Positions 46,894 through 58,300 of a DNA stretch of 64,000 nucleotides are shown here, one piece after another. Made by a program: the position numbers and the translations under genes. The DNA lies in IMG/VR virus record IMGVR_UViG_3300012165_000089. One strand, written 5' to 3'. The notes under the pieces are model-generated. The model did no database searches. It saw nothing but the letters and a program-made list of their open reading frames with translations, and had not been told where the DNA came from. Numbering within the stretch: position 1 is the first letter of the stretch; every line of letters begins with the position of its first letter. The DNA is from a virus. Its lineage: Duplodnaviria > Heunggongvirae > Uroviricota > Caudoviricetes.

Positions 46894-48240
46894 ATGGAAA
46901 AGAAAAAGAATCTAATGATACTGACAATGTTCTTGTTAATCGGACTATTAACAATATGGAATGTCATTTTTTATACCTATACCAAATGTCGCTTTCTTCC
47001 TAATACTTTTATTAACAACGAGGACGTGTCTAACTTAACATTCAAAGAAGCCATAACGCTTTTAGAGCAAAGTGAAAACAAAGATAACACAGTGGTAATT
47101 ACCGAAAGAGAAAACAAAATCGAACGAATCGACGGCACACAGATAGGATTAAGAAGAACCATAAATATTGATGATGCCATTAGTCGCAATCAGCTTTGCA
47201 AAAACGTATTTAATTTTTCCCCTAAGCAGTATAATGCCGATATATCTACGTCATTTGAACAAAATCGATTACGTGAGACGTTAAAGTCACTTCCATCCTT
47301 TCAGGAAAATGCAATGCAAAGGCCGGAGAATGCGTGTATCGTATATGATTGTGAATATAGGATCCAAGAAGGTGAACTGGGGAATCTTATTGATTTTGAA
47401 AAGACAATGACGTTGATTGAAAAGGAACTTCATTCCTCAAACAAAAATATAATACTTTCCGATGAATGTTATCTTTCTGCAGAAATCACGAAAGAATCAC
47501 CAGAACTGATAGCAAAGCTGGAATACCTTGACTATATCGCCACCTCTAGCGTCATATATACCTTGGGATTAGCAGAGATTCAGTTGGATGTATCCATATT
47601 CCATGAATGGATTGATATTGATAAATTGGCGATTAGTGAAGAAGCCGCAGCTGAATGGATAGGGCAAATGGCAAAGGATGCTGATACCGTATATACAAAA
47701 AGAACCTTTCAGGTAGGAGAACGGGATGTTACGGTATCCGGTCCATATGGATACCGTATTGATCAACCTGCTGAATTGGAACAAATGCTTGAGGATATTC
47801 AATCAGGAAATGTCATCGTTCGAGAACCCGTTTACGCACAAGCCGCTGCATCCAGGATGAACGAATTGGGAGGTACCTTTGTTGCCGTAGACCTAACCAG
47901 TCAACATGTGTACCTTTATGAGAATGGAAGTGTCATTCAGGATTCTTCTTGCGTGACCGGGAATGAGTCTGCGGGAAATGCAACGCCTGATGGTATATAT
48001 CCATTAGCTTACAAGCAGGAAAACGCCGTTCTCCGTGGTCCGGGATACGCCTCTCCAGTATCTTACTGGATGCCTTTTAACAGAGGAATTGGATTGCATG
48101 ATGCCAGTTGGCGCAGTACGTTTGGTGGGGCTGTCTACAAAACAAATGGAAGTCATGGTTGCATCAACCTGCCTAAAAGCATGGCTGCCGCAATCTTTGA
48201 AGTCGCATACCAGGGAATGCCGGTGATTTGTTATGAATAA
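46894..48240 (+). CDS. L,D-transpeptidase (YkuD domain) family protein with an N-terminal TM anchor
   Basis: C-terminal YkuD motif TNGSHGCINLP with the catalytic Cys. RBS agaggagggg. Confidence 0.65.
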   Translation: MEKKKNLMILTMFLLIGLLTIWNVIFYTYTKCRFLPNTFINNEDVSNLTFKEAITLLEQSENKDNTVVITERENKIERIDGTQIGLRRTINIDDAISRNQLCKNVFNFSPKQYNADISTSFEQNRLRETLKSLPSFQENAMQRPENACIVYDCEYRIQEGELGNLIDFEKTMTLIEKELHSSNKNIILSDECYLSAEITKESPELIAKLEYLDYIATSSVIYTLGLAEIQLDVSIFHEWIDIDKLAISEEAAAEWIGQMAKDADTVYTKRTFQVGERDVTVSGPYGYRIDQPAELEQMLEDIQSGNVIVREPVYAQAAASRMNELGGTFVAVDLTSQHVYLYENGSVIQDSSCVTGNESAGNATPDGIYPLAYKQENAVLRGPGYASPVSYWMPFNRGIGLHDASWRSTFGGAVYKTNGSHGCINLPKSMAAAIFEVAYQGMPVICYE

Positions 48241-49003
48241 GCGAAAAGATATAGAAAAATTAATATCCGCAGTTTTCATCCTTATGATTATTATTCCGGC
48301 ATTTTTAATTGGAAAACGTTTAATACGGTATCAAATGGAGAATGACACGTTAAATGAAGTTTCGGAGATTGTAGCAGAGTATCAATTATTAAATCCAAAG
48401 ATTAAGAATGAGAAGATTTATTCCGTAGATGCCGATATGCTTATTGATATTCAAGCGCTAAAGGAGAAGAATGCGGATACGGTTGGCTATATTAGGGTGC
48501 CGGGGACGGAAATCGCTTATCCAGTCCTTAAAACAGATGACACTACAAAATATCTTAAAACAGATTTCTTAGGAAAACGTTCTATTTATGGCAGTATCTT
48601 TGCAGATCCAGCCTCTTATATTGACGGCACTAACTTAGTACTGTATGGGCACAATATGAAATCAGGTAAGATGTTTGGAGTTCTAAGTTCTTATCTTAAT
48701 GACAATTTCAGAGAAGAACATTCGCAGATCTGGTTAACAACGGAAGATTCCATTCGAATCTATCAGATTTGCGGCACCTACGAAATTTCTGCGGATAACG
48801 AAATATTAATAAAAAACCTCATTCCATATGAAGCAGCCGAACTAACTCAACTAGATATTCTTATCAGGGAGCACGGAATTATGTTCTGCAATTCCCTGGA
48901 ATGGGGAAAGCGTTACATCACGCTTGCAACTTGCGAATATTCACATCGCAATGGCAGGTTATTTGTAATGGGTATTCAAACGGATGAAATTTCACTTAAA
49001 TAA
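48233..49003 (+). CDS. srtB: Class B sortase
   Basis: N-terminal TM, VLYGHNMKSGKMFGVL (YGHN) and ITLATCEY (the TLxTC active-site Cys). ATGA start/stop overlap with the transpeptidase gene. Confidence 0.65.
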   Translation: MNKRKDIEKLISAVFILMIIIPAFLIGKRLIRYQMENDTLNEVSEIVAEYQLLNPKIKNEKIYSVDADMLIDIQALKEKNADTVGYIRVPGTEIAYPVLKTDDTTKYLKTDFLGKRSIYGSIFADPASYIDGTNLVLYGHNMKSGKMFGVLSSYLNDNFREEHSQIWLTTEDSIRIYQICGTYEISADNEILIKNLIPYEAAELTQLDILIREHGIMFCNSLEWGKRYITLATCEYSHRNGRLFVMGIQTDEISLK

Positions 49004-49024
49004 TAATAGGGGAGGCAATTTATT

Positions 49025-49315
49025 ATGAAAACAAACAAGCCGCGTTTTAAACAACGACTTATGAGAAGTGAAAATGAGGAAATCGTAGAAGAAAGCGGTA
49101 TCAGTTTAAAAGAACGCTTTACTGCCAAGGAAAAGCGAGAATTAAAAGTTGAAAAGAAGCCAATTGTACTTCTAATAATTGCTTGGAATAAATCAACGCA
49201 AATTATCGGTGTGCTTATTTCCACTTTAGGCTTCATATCATTGATTCAACCAGATTTAAGGCGATGCCTTGTTGAAATGTTCTGGCAGTTCTTTATGGAA
49301 ATAAAAATGATCTAA
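49025..49315 (+). CDS. Small membrane protein
   Basis: RBS ggggagg. Hydrophobic PIVLLIIAWN...IIGVLISTLGFISLI. Confidence 0.45.
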   Translation: MKTNKPRFKQRLMRSENEEIVEESGISLKERFTAKEKRELKVEKKPIVLLIIAWNKSTQIIGVLISTLGFISLIQPDLRRCLVEMFWQFFMEIKMI

Positions 49316-49366
49316 AACTAAAAACCATATCACAAAAACCATAATTAGAGGGAAAGGAGGTTTTTT

Positions 49367-52300
49367 ATGTATATTAGGAAGAAAATCGCTCGACCACTTG
49401 TTGTTCTACTGACAATTAGCCAATGCATGACCGCAGTGGCAGGAGTCTGGGTAAGCAAGACCCCGACAGAATGGTCCTACCAAAACGATGATGGGATGTA
49501 TCAGACTGGGGGGTGGTTTCAAGATCCGGCAGATGAAAGATGGTATTACTTGAACGAAAGCGGAGTCATGAGTTTTGGTTGGAAACTATTAAATGACCAC
49601 TGGTATTTCTTAAACATGAATCATGATGGTGCCTTCGGTGCAAGAGTGACAAGTGAATGGCAGTGGATTGATGGGTACTGCTATTACTTTGGAGCTGATG
49701 GCAGATTGTGTGCAAATGCAGTGACGCCAGACGGATTTACGGTAAATACCGTTGGTCAATGGATGGAAAATGACAGTCCGGTTTATATCGCAGGAAAAGG
49801 CATTGTAACAACAGAGTCAACTGGTGCGTCAGCACAACAAACGACAAGGTCGAGTTCGGGAGGTTCTTCCACTGGCGGTGGTGGCGGTGGCGGCAGTTCT
49901 TACACGTACTACGATTATAAAATCTTGTATGTCGATGAGAACGGAACCGTATTGGCTGTTGTAAGTGGCGAGGCGAAGAAAAATGCCTTCATAAACATTC
50001 CAATCAAGGAAATCGGTGGATACACTTATGTAGGTGGCCAAAGCGGACAGCAGAAACTGACTGTAGATGATATGGTTTTCGTATTGAACTATCAGAGAAA
50101 TGAAACCGAAGACCCTGCGTACAATGAAGACGATGCAACTCCGGATATAGGCGAAAGCAAAGAAGTTTATACTTACAAAGTAGTCTATCAGGATATGGAT
50201 ACTGGGAATGCAATTAAGGAGATTACCGGAAGCGGAAAAAGAGACACCACAATAACAGTAAGCAGTACGGTGACGGGTTATGACACGGTTTCTGGCAATC
50301 AGTATTCGTTTTTATTATCAGAAGACGAAATGGTTGTGACGCTGCTTTATTCGAAAACGGTTGAGTCATTTAAGTACACTATTCGCTATCTTGGTACAGA
50401 CGGGGAAAAGCTTGGAGAAATTGAAAGCCTTGCTTTTGAAGGAAGTAGGGTTGATATTCCGGAACGCTATTTCGATGGGTATTCAAAGAAAGATGATCAG
50501 GACGCTTCTTTTGTTTTGAATAATAACAACATGGTAGTGAAAATTTACTATATTCAAGACATCGTTGAGGATGACGATGCAACGCCAACAGACGCAGGTA
50601 ATCAAAAGTGTTCATATACAGTTAAGTATATCGACAAAGATACGCAGATCGTGTTACTTAGAGAGTCCAGGACGGCAGAAGCAGGAACTGTCCTAACTCC
50701 GGAATTCGAGTTTGATGGATACGAATATGCATCCGACTATGCATTCGAGGTGATATTTGACGGTGCCGTATTTACGGTTTACTTAGTAAAAGCGGCAGAA
50801 GAAGATGACGTTACAGAGACAACATATACAGTGACCTGCGTGGATGAAGATGGGAATGAATTAAAAGTATATCATGGCAAAGTAAGCGTACTTGACGCAC
50901 TTGTGATTTATCCGGAATACGAGATTGACGGCTATGAAATGGTGGGAAACAATGAATTCGTTGTTGAAAAGAGCGGATTGAATTTTTTTATCCTGGAGTT
51001 TCAATCAATCAAAAAGCTCATCTATACGATTGAATGTATCGATATCGACACGCTTCAGAAGATAGAAGACATCATGCTTCGTGGTAATGTCGGCGATGCG
51101 TTGTCTGTTTCCGACATTTGTCCGGAAGGATACGAATCCGTTGGAAATCCACCATCGACCGTAAAGGTATCAGCAAACGAAGCCAATAATAGCACAAAAA
51201 TCTATTTCAAGAAAACTTCCGAGAAAACAGATATTGTAAAAGAAGCAGCGTATACAATTCAGTTCCGTGCGTACAAAGATCAAAGTACTTACATTGTGAA
51301 CGACCTGACCGGTACCTGGACTGTGGGCGAAAAGATCCCGGTATATTTCATAAGGGAATTTACCGATAAAGAGGGAAAGCAGTGGCAAGCAATCGACGAT
51401 AGCCCAAGAATCTTCTCTATCAAGGATCAGGAAATGAATACATTCCTAATTGAATTCCAAAATATCGGTGAGTTAGAAAAGGAAGAAGACGAAAGAATTT
51501 ATTCGATACGCTACATTGCTGATGACACAAAGTCCATTCTTGGCATTACAACCGGAATCGGGGACGTTGGCGATATCATTCCTTACAGAAATACATTTGA
51601 CGATTACGGATTTATGAAGATTGGCAATTCATACACGATTACCGATGCGGAGACAAACACGGTAGATGTACTAATGGAACGTGTTAACTTCCCTGGCCAT
51701 GATGTCAATCAAGCCACGGGCCTGTATGACGGCTATGAGTGGATTGTTCTATTTGTTGATAGTAACGGTGAACAACTGCTGCCAAGCGTGAATGGATTCA
51801 CTGTAGATGGCGACAAATTGTACGTAGATTATCCGGATGTTATTGAAAAAGGCGGGGTAACTTACCGGGCTGAAAATGCAAGTCCTTTAAAAGAGTTGGT
51901 AAAGGGAACTGTATATCATCAGTACATTATTCAGTATATTACCGGCGATCCGTCCGAGGATAAATTAGAATCGTGGAAGAGTGCGGCGCAGAAAAAGAAA
52001 GATGCGTTCTATGGAACGACGCCATATAGCTACTATTTGGCTTATAAAGAAAAGAGTTCCTGGAATGACATTGCATTAAAATTTGGCGTGGCAAATGCTG
52101 GTACCGAAATCGAAATTGAATGTGAAACGGTAGACGGATGGGTGGTTCCTCAAGAATATCTTGGAAACTTTGCACTGGATGAAAACGGAAAGATTGTTAC
52201 TGCACAATACGAGCGATCCGACAATGGTACGTCCATGGGGTACAATCAACGAGAATATACCATTAACTTCGTGGATACTGCCGGAAATAATTTATTTGAT

Positions 52301-54088
52301 CCATATACTGGGTTTCTGGCGTTCGTAAAAGGAAATTCAACCTGCGATTTCATGGTATATCATCCAAACTCGTTCTACGATGATGAAGGCAATCGATGGG
52401 AGTCAGATAAAGATTCACCACAGACCTTTGTAATGAGCGCACTGGATCGTAATGTGAAGGAAATTACATACCATCAGGTATACGAAAATGAAAAAGAGCA
52501 ATTTATCGTTGAAAGCAATGCAGACGTTAATCGAATTTTGAATGATTTTGCAATTCACACCTATGATGCTGCGCGACATGAATTTTACGTAATCGGTCGT
52601 GACTACAACCCCAATACAGTTGAAGTAAGTAATACGATGTATATGAATGACCTGGCTGGTTATACGAATGAAGTCGTGGATACTTTTGAATTAAATGGTG
52701 TGACATATACTATTTGTTTGATCGGTTATTATCACAAATGGAATCAAGAAACCTGTACGCACGAATGGGAGTACGTCGAAGAATTACAGGGAAATTGTTT
52801 AACGGCAGCGCATCAGGTTGTCAAATGTAAGAAGTGTAATAAGGAAGTCACCACGATTGTACCTGCTGTTGGTCATGTCGATGAAAATTACGATTCCGTA
52901 TGTGACGAGTGTGGCGTTCGATTAAAGCAAAATCTTGGCGACGAAATTACATTGCAATGGGATTCCGGGAGTCTCGGCTTTGGCGTGCGAAGTTATGACT
53001 TCGTATGCATTGATACGGATTATCAGGGAACTGGTAAAATGCTTTATATTTGCGAGAGTGACATCAAGTCCGATATTTATGGAACTTATACAACCGCAGA
53101 CAGTGCTGATTACGGTTCGTCATCAGTAAGATATTTCTTAGATGATCAGTTTGCGAATGGACTTAGTGTTTCAGGAGCCTTGCAGTCCATTGATGGAGAC
53201 GTGGCTTCCATGTTGACCAAGGCAGAATATGACCAGTATCGCACAGCCAGATTAAATAATTTCGCATTCCCGTCTGGCACATACTTAACCAAAGGGGATG
53301 ATATGAATGTTGTGATACTGACTAATGGTACAACGGTGTCTGCAAAAGATGCCGATAATTATGCAATCCGGCCTACGTTATTAATGAATCGCTCAGAGGA
53401 AGAAGAGGGAGTTCGTACAGGAATCTGGAATGTTGATGACATGCAGGTACGGGAGATCGGAGATAAGCTTTATTTGTTCCGATGCGTAGACGCAAATTAT
53501 ACGGATAAATCAAACACAGATAAGAGTATGGCTTTATTCCTCTGCGATACGGTTATTGCTGCAAACGAAGGTCTCGGGTTTGATGAAGCGGATTCAACTC
53601 AGTCTACAAGGTTCTTCGGAGCAACAAATAATTACAAATATTCCGCGATCAATGACTGGCTAAACGAGAATAAATCAAAGACCGGTAATCTGCTTATGAC
53701 TAATATCGGAATTGTAAATGAATATTCCGGTACCACTGAGACTGGTAAATTCCAGAGTCTGGATGTCAAATCTCTGACAAGGTTTACCAGGGATACCGCG
53801 CAGGTTATGTATTCAAATCTTTTCATTCCTTCTGTTGAAGAAGCAATTGAAATGAAGGATTATCTTTGGAAATTTAACGGTTCTGATAAAAACAATGCAT
53901 CTGATATTATCAATAATTATCGTGAGTCGTATTGGTTGCGAACACCGCAGTATGACACTGATGATATGGTATATACGGTAAACCTGAGAACTGGTGTGAT
54001 TGAACCGAAATCAGTAAAGAAAACGAGTGAAAATACAGTATGTAATGCCGGCATCAGACCAATGTATGTTGTGGAGCAGGCATATTAA
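49367..54088 (+). CDS. Giant surface protein (1573 aa) with N-terminal CWB repeats, a Gly-rich linker, about 8 MucBP-like ~75-aa repeats, a Cys-rich segment and a C-terminal domain
   Basis: Signal peptide MYIRKKIARPLVVLLTISQCMTAVAG. CWB repeats WFQDPADERWYYLNESG...WQWIDGYCYYFGADGRL...TPDGFTVN. SSSGGSSTGGGGGGGSS linker. Repeats such as YTYKVVYQDMDTGNAIKEITGSGKRDTTITVSSTVTGYDTV...VVTLLYSK. CTHEWEY...CKKCNK...CDECG. RBS gagggaaaggagg. Confidence 0.7.
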   Translation: MYIRKKIARPLVVLLTISQCMTAVAGVWVSKTPTEWSYQNDDGMYQTGGWFQDPADERWYYLNESGVMSFGWKLLNDHWYFLNMNHDGAFGARVTSEWQWIDGYCYYFGADGRLCANAVTPDGFTVNTVGQWMENDSPVYIAGKGIVTTESTGASAQQTTRSSSGGSSTGGGGGGGSSYTYYDYKILYVDENGTVLAVVSGEAKKNAFINIPIKEIGGYTYVGGQSGQQKLTVDDMVFVLNYQRNETEDPAYNEDDATPDIGESKEVYTYKVVYQDMDTGNAIKEITGSGKRDTTITVSSTVTGYDTVSGNQYSFLLSEDEMVVTLLYSKTVESFKYTIRYLGTDGEKLGEIESLAFEGSRVDIPERYFDGYSKKDDQDASFVLNNNNMVVKIYYIQDIVEDDDATPTDAGNQKCSYTVKYIDKDTQIVLLRESRTAEAGTVLTPEFEFDGYEYASDYAFEVIFDGAVFTVYLVKAAEEDDVTETTYTVTCVDEDGNELKVYHGKVSVLDALVIYPEYEIDGYEMVGNNEFVVEKSGLNFFILEFQSIKKLIYTIECIDIDTLQKIEDIMLRGNVGDALSVSDICPEGYESVGNPPSTVKVSANEANNSTKIYFKKTSEKTDIVKEAAYTIQFRAYKDQSTYIVNDLTGTWTVGEKIPVYFIREFTDKEGKQWQAIDDSPRIFSIKDQEMNTFLIEFQNIGELEKEEDERIYSIRYIADDTKSILGITTGIGDVGDIIPYRNTFDDYGFMKIGNSYTITDAETNTVDVLMERVNFPGHDVNQATGLYDGYEWIVLFVDSNGEQLLPSVNGFTVDGDKLYVDYPDVIEKGGVTYRAENASPLKELVKGTVYHQYIIQYITGDPSEDKLESWKSAAQKKKDAFYGTTPYSYYLAYKEKSSWNDIALKFGVANAGTEIEIECETVDGWVVPQEYLGNFALDENGKIVTAQYERSDNGTSMGYNQREYTINFVDTAGNNLFDPYTGFLAFVKGNSTCDFMVYHPNSFYDDEGNRWESDKDSPQTFVMSALDRNVKEITYHQVYENEKEQFIVESNADVNRILNDFAIHTYDAARHEFYVIGRDYNPNTVEVSNTMYMNDLAGYTNEVVDTFELNGVTYTICLIGYYHKWNQETCTHEWEYVEELQGNCLTAAHQVVKCKKCNKEVTTIVPAVGHVDENYDSVCDECGVRLKQNLGDEITLQWDSGSLGFGVRSYDFVCIDTDYQGTGKMLYICESDIKSDIYGTYTTADSADYGSSSVRYFLDDQFANGLSVSGALQSIDGDVASMLTKAEYDQYRTARLNNFAFPSGTYLTKGDDMNVVILTNGTTVSAKDADNYAIRPTLLMNRSEEEEGVRTGIWNVDDMQVREIGDKLYLFRCVDANYTDKSNTDKSMALFLCDTVIAANEGLGFDEADSTQSTRFFGATNNYKYSAINDWLNENKSKTGNLLMTNIGIVNEYSGTTETGKFQSLDVKSLTRFTRDTAQVMYSNLFIPSVEEAIEMKDYLWKFNGSDKNNASDIINNYRESYWLRTPQYDTDDMVYTVNLRTGVIEPKSVKKTSENTVCNAGIRPMYVVEQAY
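49900..51250 (+). repeat. Intragenic tandem MucBP-like domain repeats (~210-260 nt units)
   Basis: Recurrent Y.(V/I).Y.D.....(I/L)......G..G........(F/Y).GY.......F.......(V/I).Y protein pattern about eight times. Confidence 0.5.
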
Positions 54089-54195
54089 GACAACCGAAAG
54101 AGGATGCCAATAATTGATACATCAAAATTAATTCCTGAAAAGAAGAGTTTAAGAATGAACTCTTCTTTTTTATATTTGCTAAAAACACACTGAAA

Positions 54196-54207
54196 ATCAA
54201 TATCCGC
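54196..54207 (+). promoter_or_regulatory. TCAATATCCGCA motif copy, 75 nt upstream of the Dam-like methyltransferase start
   Basis: Exact copy of the 12-mer. Confidence 0.5.
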
Positions 54208-54281
54208 AAAGGTTCCAAAATTGAGCGAAATCTTTTTTCTTGATAAGCTATATTTATTGATTTAGAAAAGAGGGGAAGTAC

Positions 54282-55271
54282 ATGCGGTGTTGGTATTGTG
54301 GATTTCATGGAACTTTGGATGATTTTGAAGAAGACATGGCACATCACCTGGGGTTTTGGTGTCCAGATTGTGATACATTTACCATGTTTGATAAAAAGGA
54401 AAATGGAAAGCGTATGTTCCGGCTCTATCTCGAAGATGTTTCTTCTGGGAATAGCTTAGAAGCATATCAGAAAATAAAACAAAACGTTTCTCCACTTCGA
54501 TACCCCGGCGGAAAGACAAAATTAATTCCCTACATCGCATCTATATTACCGGATACCGTAACAAGAATCGTGGAACCATTTTGCGGCGGTAGTAGCGTTA
54601 GCTTAGCTTTGTTGTTGGCCGGAAAGGTAGATGAAATTGTATTAAACGATATGGATATCAATGTAATTTCCTTATTTAGAACCATTATGGATAATCCACA
54701 TCAACTTATTCAGCGCATTTGGAATACGACGTTGTCACGAGAACAATATTTTTCATTCCAAAAATCCTTGCTAGCCGAGGAAGAAATTCAGGAAGAAGAA
54801 AGAGCTTTTCGTTTTCTATATTGTAATCGAACCGCCTTCTCTGGAATTATATTTGCAAATCCAATGAGCAACTTAAATGCCAGATGGAATCCCAAGGTGT
54901 TACAGAAGCGAATCTTAGATATCTGGAAGGCGAGTGATAAAATCATGCTTTGCATGGAAGATGCGAAACAACTTATCGAAGAAGAATACTGGCACGGGGA
55001 AGATACGTTTATATTTATTGATCCACCCTATTTCAAAAAGGGTGGCGCCTTATATCGAAAAGCATATCAAGAAAATGACCATGCGGATCTATCATTCGTA
55101 TTAGAGCATTTATACCGACAGGTTCCCGGTGCTCATATGGTAATTACGTATGACAATGAAAAGGTAATTCGGGATTTATATAAAATTCCAAGGATTCAGG
55201 TATTTAAACCTACTTATTCAATCGCAAATGGAAATCAAACACAGAAATTTCATAAAGAAAACTTATTTTAA
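54282..55271 (+). CDS. Dam-family (D12 class) N6-adenine DNA methyltransferase with an N-terminal zinc-ribbon extension
   Basis: N-terminus CWYCGF...CPDCDTF (CxxC...CxxC). Then LRYPGGKTKLIPYI, IVEPFCGGSSVSLAL (motif I) and FIFIDPPYF (motif IV, DPPY). RBS aaaagagggg. No adjacent endonuclease. Confidence 0.7.
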   Translation: MRCWYCGFHGTLDDFEEDMAHHLGFWCPDCDTFTMFDKKENGKRMFRLYLEDVSSGNSLEAYQKIKQNVSPLRYPGGKTKLIPYIASILPDTVTRIVEPFCGGSSVSLALLLAGKVDEIVLNDMDINVISLFRTIMDNPHQLIQRIWNTTLSREQYFSFQKSLLAEEEIQEEERAFRFLYCNRTAFSGIIFANPMSNLNARWNPKVLQKRILDIWKASDKIMLCMEDAKQLIEEEYWHGEDTFIFIDPPYFKKGGALYRKAYQENDHADLSFVLEHLYRQVPGAHMVITYDNEKVIRDLYKIPRIQVFKPTYSIANGNQTQKFHKENLF

Positions 55272-55380
55272 AGAAAAATATTCCATAATTCAATCGTAGT
55301 AAATAAGCACTAAATAAAGATGCTTATAGGAACTTTTCAGTACAAGAAGAGTTGAAAAAGGAAAGGAGAAAGAAAGGGGA

Positions 55381-58300
55381 ATGAAGAAGAAAAACAAAAA
55401 AGCTCTAAATCGGGGCATAATCGCTGCTCTTGGTGTTTCAATGGTGACACCAATGGCAACGCCGGCATTTCCGGTACTCGCAACGGACTCCGTAAGGGAT
55501 TCGGTAGGAACGATTACGTACGCAACACCAACCGATGCGACAAATGATTTAATCGAGGATGGAGATATCCTTATTGATGGGGATGTTGCCACTCCGAGTG
55601 AAGCAAAAAAATCGCAATACTTCGCATATGGTACAACCAGCTTTTGGAACTGGTTTAATCAGGTGTGTTTGAACGCATTCGCAAGCACCGACAGCGACGA
55701 CGAAGCGCTTGAACTCATCAGATTAGCAGTTACTGAATGGCACGATGATTTCCTGGTCGATTATGCCGATGAAGATGATGTGAATGACGTTGATTATCCG
55801 GAATTTGATGATTCGTTAGACGCAGAGTCCTCTGATTTTTGGGCATGGTTTTACAAAGAGGCTGTCAATTATGATGAGGATGGAAATTTCCTTTCTTATA
55901 ATAATGACGTAATCACTCAATGGATAGCCAGTACCGATTCGGAAGATGTATTTCAGTTCCTGATTGCGTTTAATCAGGTTCGAGTGGATAATCGCCTGAA
56001 TCTCATGGTGATGTCAGCGCTTGGTAACTTATGGCCAGATGATTATGGTACAAAGGGGGATCTGTATAGTAATGGTAAGGGTACCGAAGAAGCACCTTAT
56101 ATCATTGATTCCGTAGAGGATTTGCGCACACTCGCCATAAGCATTGCAAATGACAATGAGAATGCGGATACTTTTTACTTGATTAAAAAGGGGACTTACG
56201 ACTTGAATGGAAGTTGGATCCCGATTGGATTCCAGAAAAATTCCGGCGGTTCCGCGATTGCCTTTATGGGACATATTGCGGCAGAAGATGGCGCAAACAT
56301 CAAGAACATTGGCTTTAAGGCAAATGACGCTCTGGGAATTACATCTGCAATCGCGTCCTCCATTCGCAGTCAGAAAGCTGTCGGCTTCTTCGGCGAACTG
56401 GGCGAGGGTGCAACTGTAACGAATCTGTACTTAAATACTTCCGGCAATACCCTTGAAGGTACGGATTATGCAGGTATTTTAGCGGGTCATGCAGTTGACG
56501 CAATAATCAAAGAATGTACTGTGACTGGTACTGTAAAAGGTATAGGTTATGTCGGTGGAATCGTAGGTTTTGCTGAATCATCTACCAGTCAGTCAGGTGA
56601 TCGTAACATGATTATTGAGGATTGCTCTGCTGATAAAGCAGCTGTTTATACAACCACTGCGGTCCAGAGTGTAAACGACTTCTGTAATGGACATTCTTGT
56701 GTTGGCGGTATCGTTGGTTATGCAGCGAACACTACAATCATGGATTCTTATGTTAGCACCAATACCGGAGCTGGCAATCACATCTATGGTAACGGCTCTT
56801 ATGTGGGCGGTGTTGTAGGCGTAATGGAAAACTCTGATGTGTTTAATTCCTATGTGTACGACGGCGAGATTGGAAATAGTGAGGCTTATGGTGTTGGCGG
56901 TATCGTTGGCGGATACAACGGCGGGCAGGTGAAGGTTGGCAGATTTTCCGGAACAGTTGTAAGGCCCACCTCTACCAATAATTATTCCGCATGTTTCATC
57001 GGAACTCGTGTAAATGGCGCGGGCTTCACATATGGCGAGAATGGAAGCATTGCCTATCTCTATGCAGATACCAAAACCAAGGCAGATACCGGAATTTGTG
57101 GATCCAGGGTAGAAGATGATGGAATTTATGATAATTCCGCCCATATCGGCTACTGGCACACCTCTGACAATTATTACTCCCTGTGTTCTGGCAGCAACGT
57201 GGATAATTCTGATGACTACTTTTACGCAGAGCTGGAACGTGGTATTTTAAATGTAAAAAAGGTTGGCGACAATGCAGAGACTATTAATCATTTCACTGCT
57301 GATAAGCAGGGAAAGCCAACTCGTGGTTATTTATTTACAATCAATAATCCAACGGTTGGCGGAACGATTGCAGCTTCTATTAGTGCTTACATCAACGGCT
57401 CCTACAAACCGGTCGTAACCAGTGAAAGCCTGGGAGCTTTTGCGGCAGGTGACGTTGTGTATATTTCATTCCAGGACTTAGCCGATGGGACTGGCTTCTT
57501 TCAGATGGTAGACAAGTCGCAGAACCCATATTACAACTACTATGAGTCTGATGATTTTTATGTATATAGAAATGATACGACTACCAAGGGAATTACCAAG
57601 GGAGCAGGGTATTACATGACAATGCCAGCCTCTGACGTTACCATTGGTGCTGATTACAAGAAGGTCTCCCAGGCAATTACCACAACGCCAAACAAAATCG
57701 TTTTTGAGTTAACCCAGGAACGTACCGGAAGTCGTGAAAATCCGACTATCGAATGGTACGCAACTGCTTATAACGGTAATAAAGACGTGAGTGGTTCGGC
57801 ACAGGTTATCACGGATGCAGATGGTAGAAAATGGGAGAATATTAAATTAGCAACCATTCCGGCCGGCCGCAGCGCAAGCTATTTTGACGAGTTGTTCAAG
57901 ATCGGTTCTTTGTCAAATGGCACCACGAATGACAAGTTCAACTTGGCATGGCAGACAAGTAACGATGGAAGCAGTTCAATTGTAAGCAATCCCGTTGCGG
58001 AAAATGGAAATGTGACCGATAAAAAGGCATATATCACATTAAATGTAAAGGATTCTGCATTGATTACAAAAGTCAACGAACTGGTACAGGCGCAGGCAGA
58101 CGGTGGTTATAAAGACAGTATCACAACGAATCAGTCATATTGGTATCATTCTCTGGTAACCGCAACCGCACAGGTCGAGGATTCTGAGGATAAAACTAAT
58201 CCACCAAAGGGTTATACCGATATTGACATTAAGTTAAATATCAAAGATAACACTAACGTATCGGTAACTGGTGTTGCTTTATCTAAGAACACTATAACTT

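Noticed and set aside
48262-48272. AATATCCGCAG and related copies inside coding regions (48262 in srtB, about 39069 in the 38315 gene, 16561, 62197)
   Set aside because: These are single intragenic occurrences with no positional pattern. They are not counted as regulatory sites, though 48262 at the Ldt/srtB junction could be re-examined.
56593-57159. Long minus-strand ORFs inside the giant genes and other + genes. Examples: 56593..57159 (188 aa), 61366..61845 (159 aa), 24974..25528 (184 aa), 17061..17468, 17578..17976, 7311..7628, 32680..33045.
   Set aside because: They are antisense shadows of confidently coding + strand genes. They have no RBS, low-complexity composition and overlap conserved protein motifs on the opposite strand.
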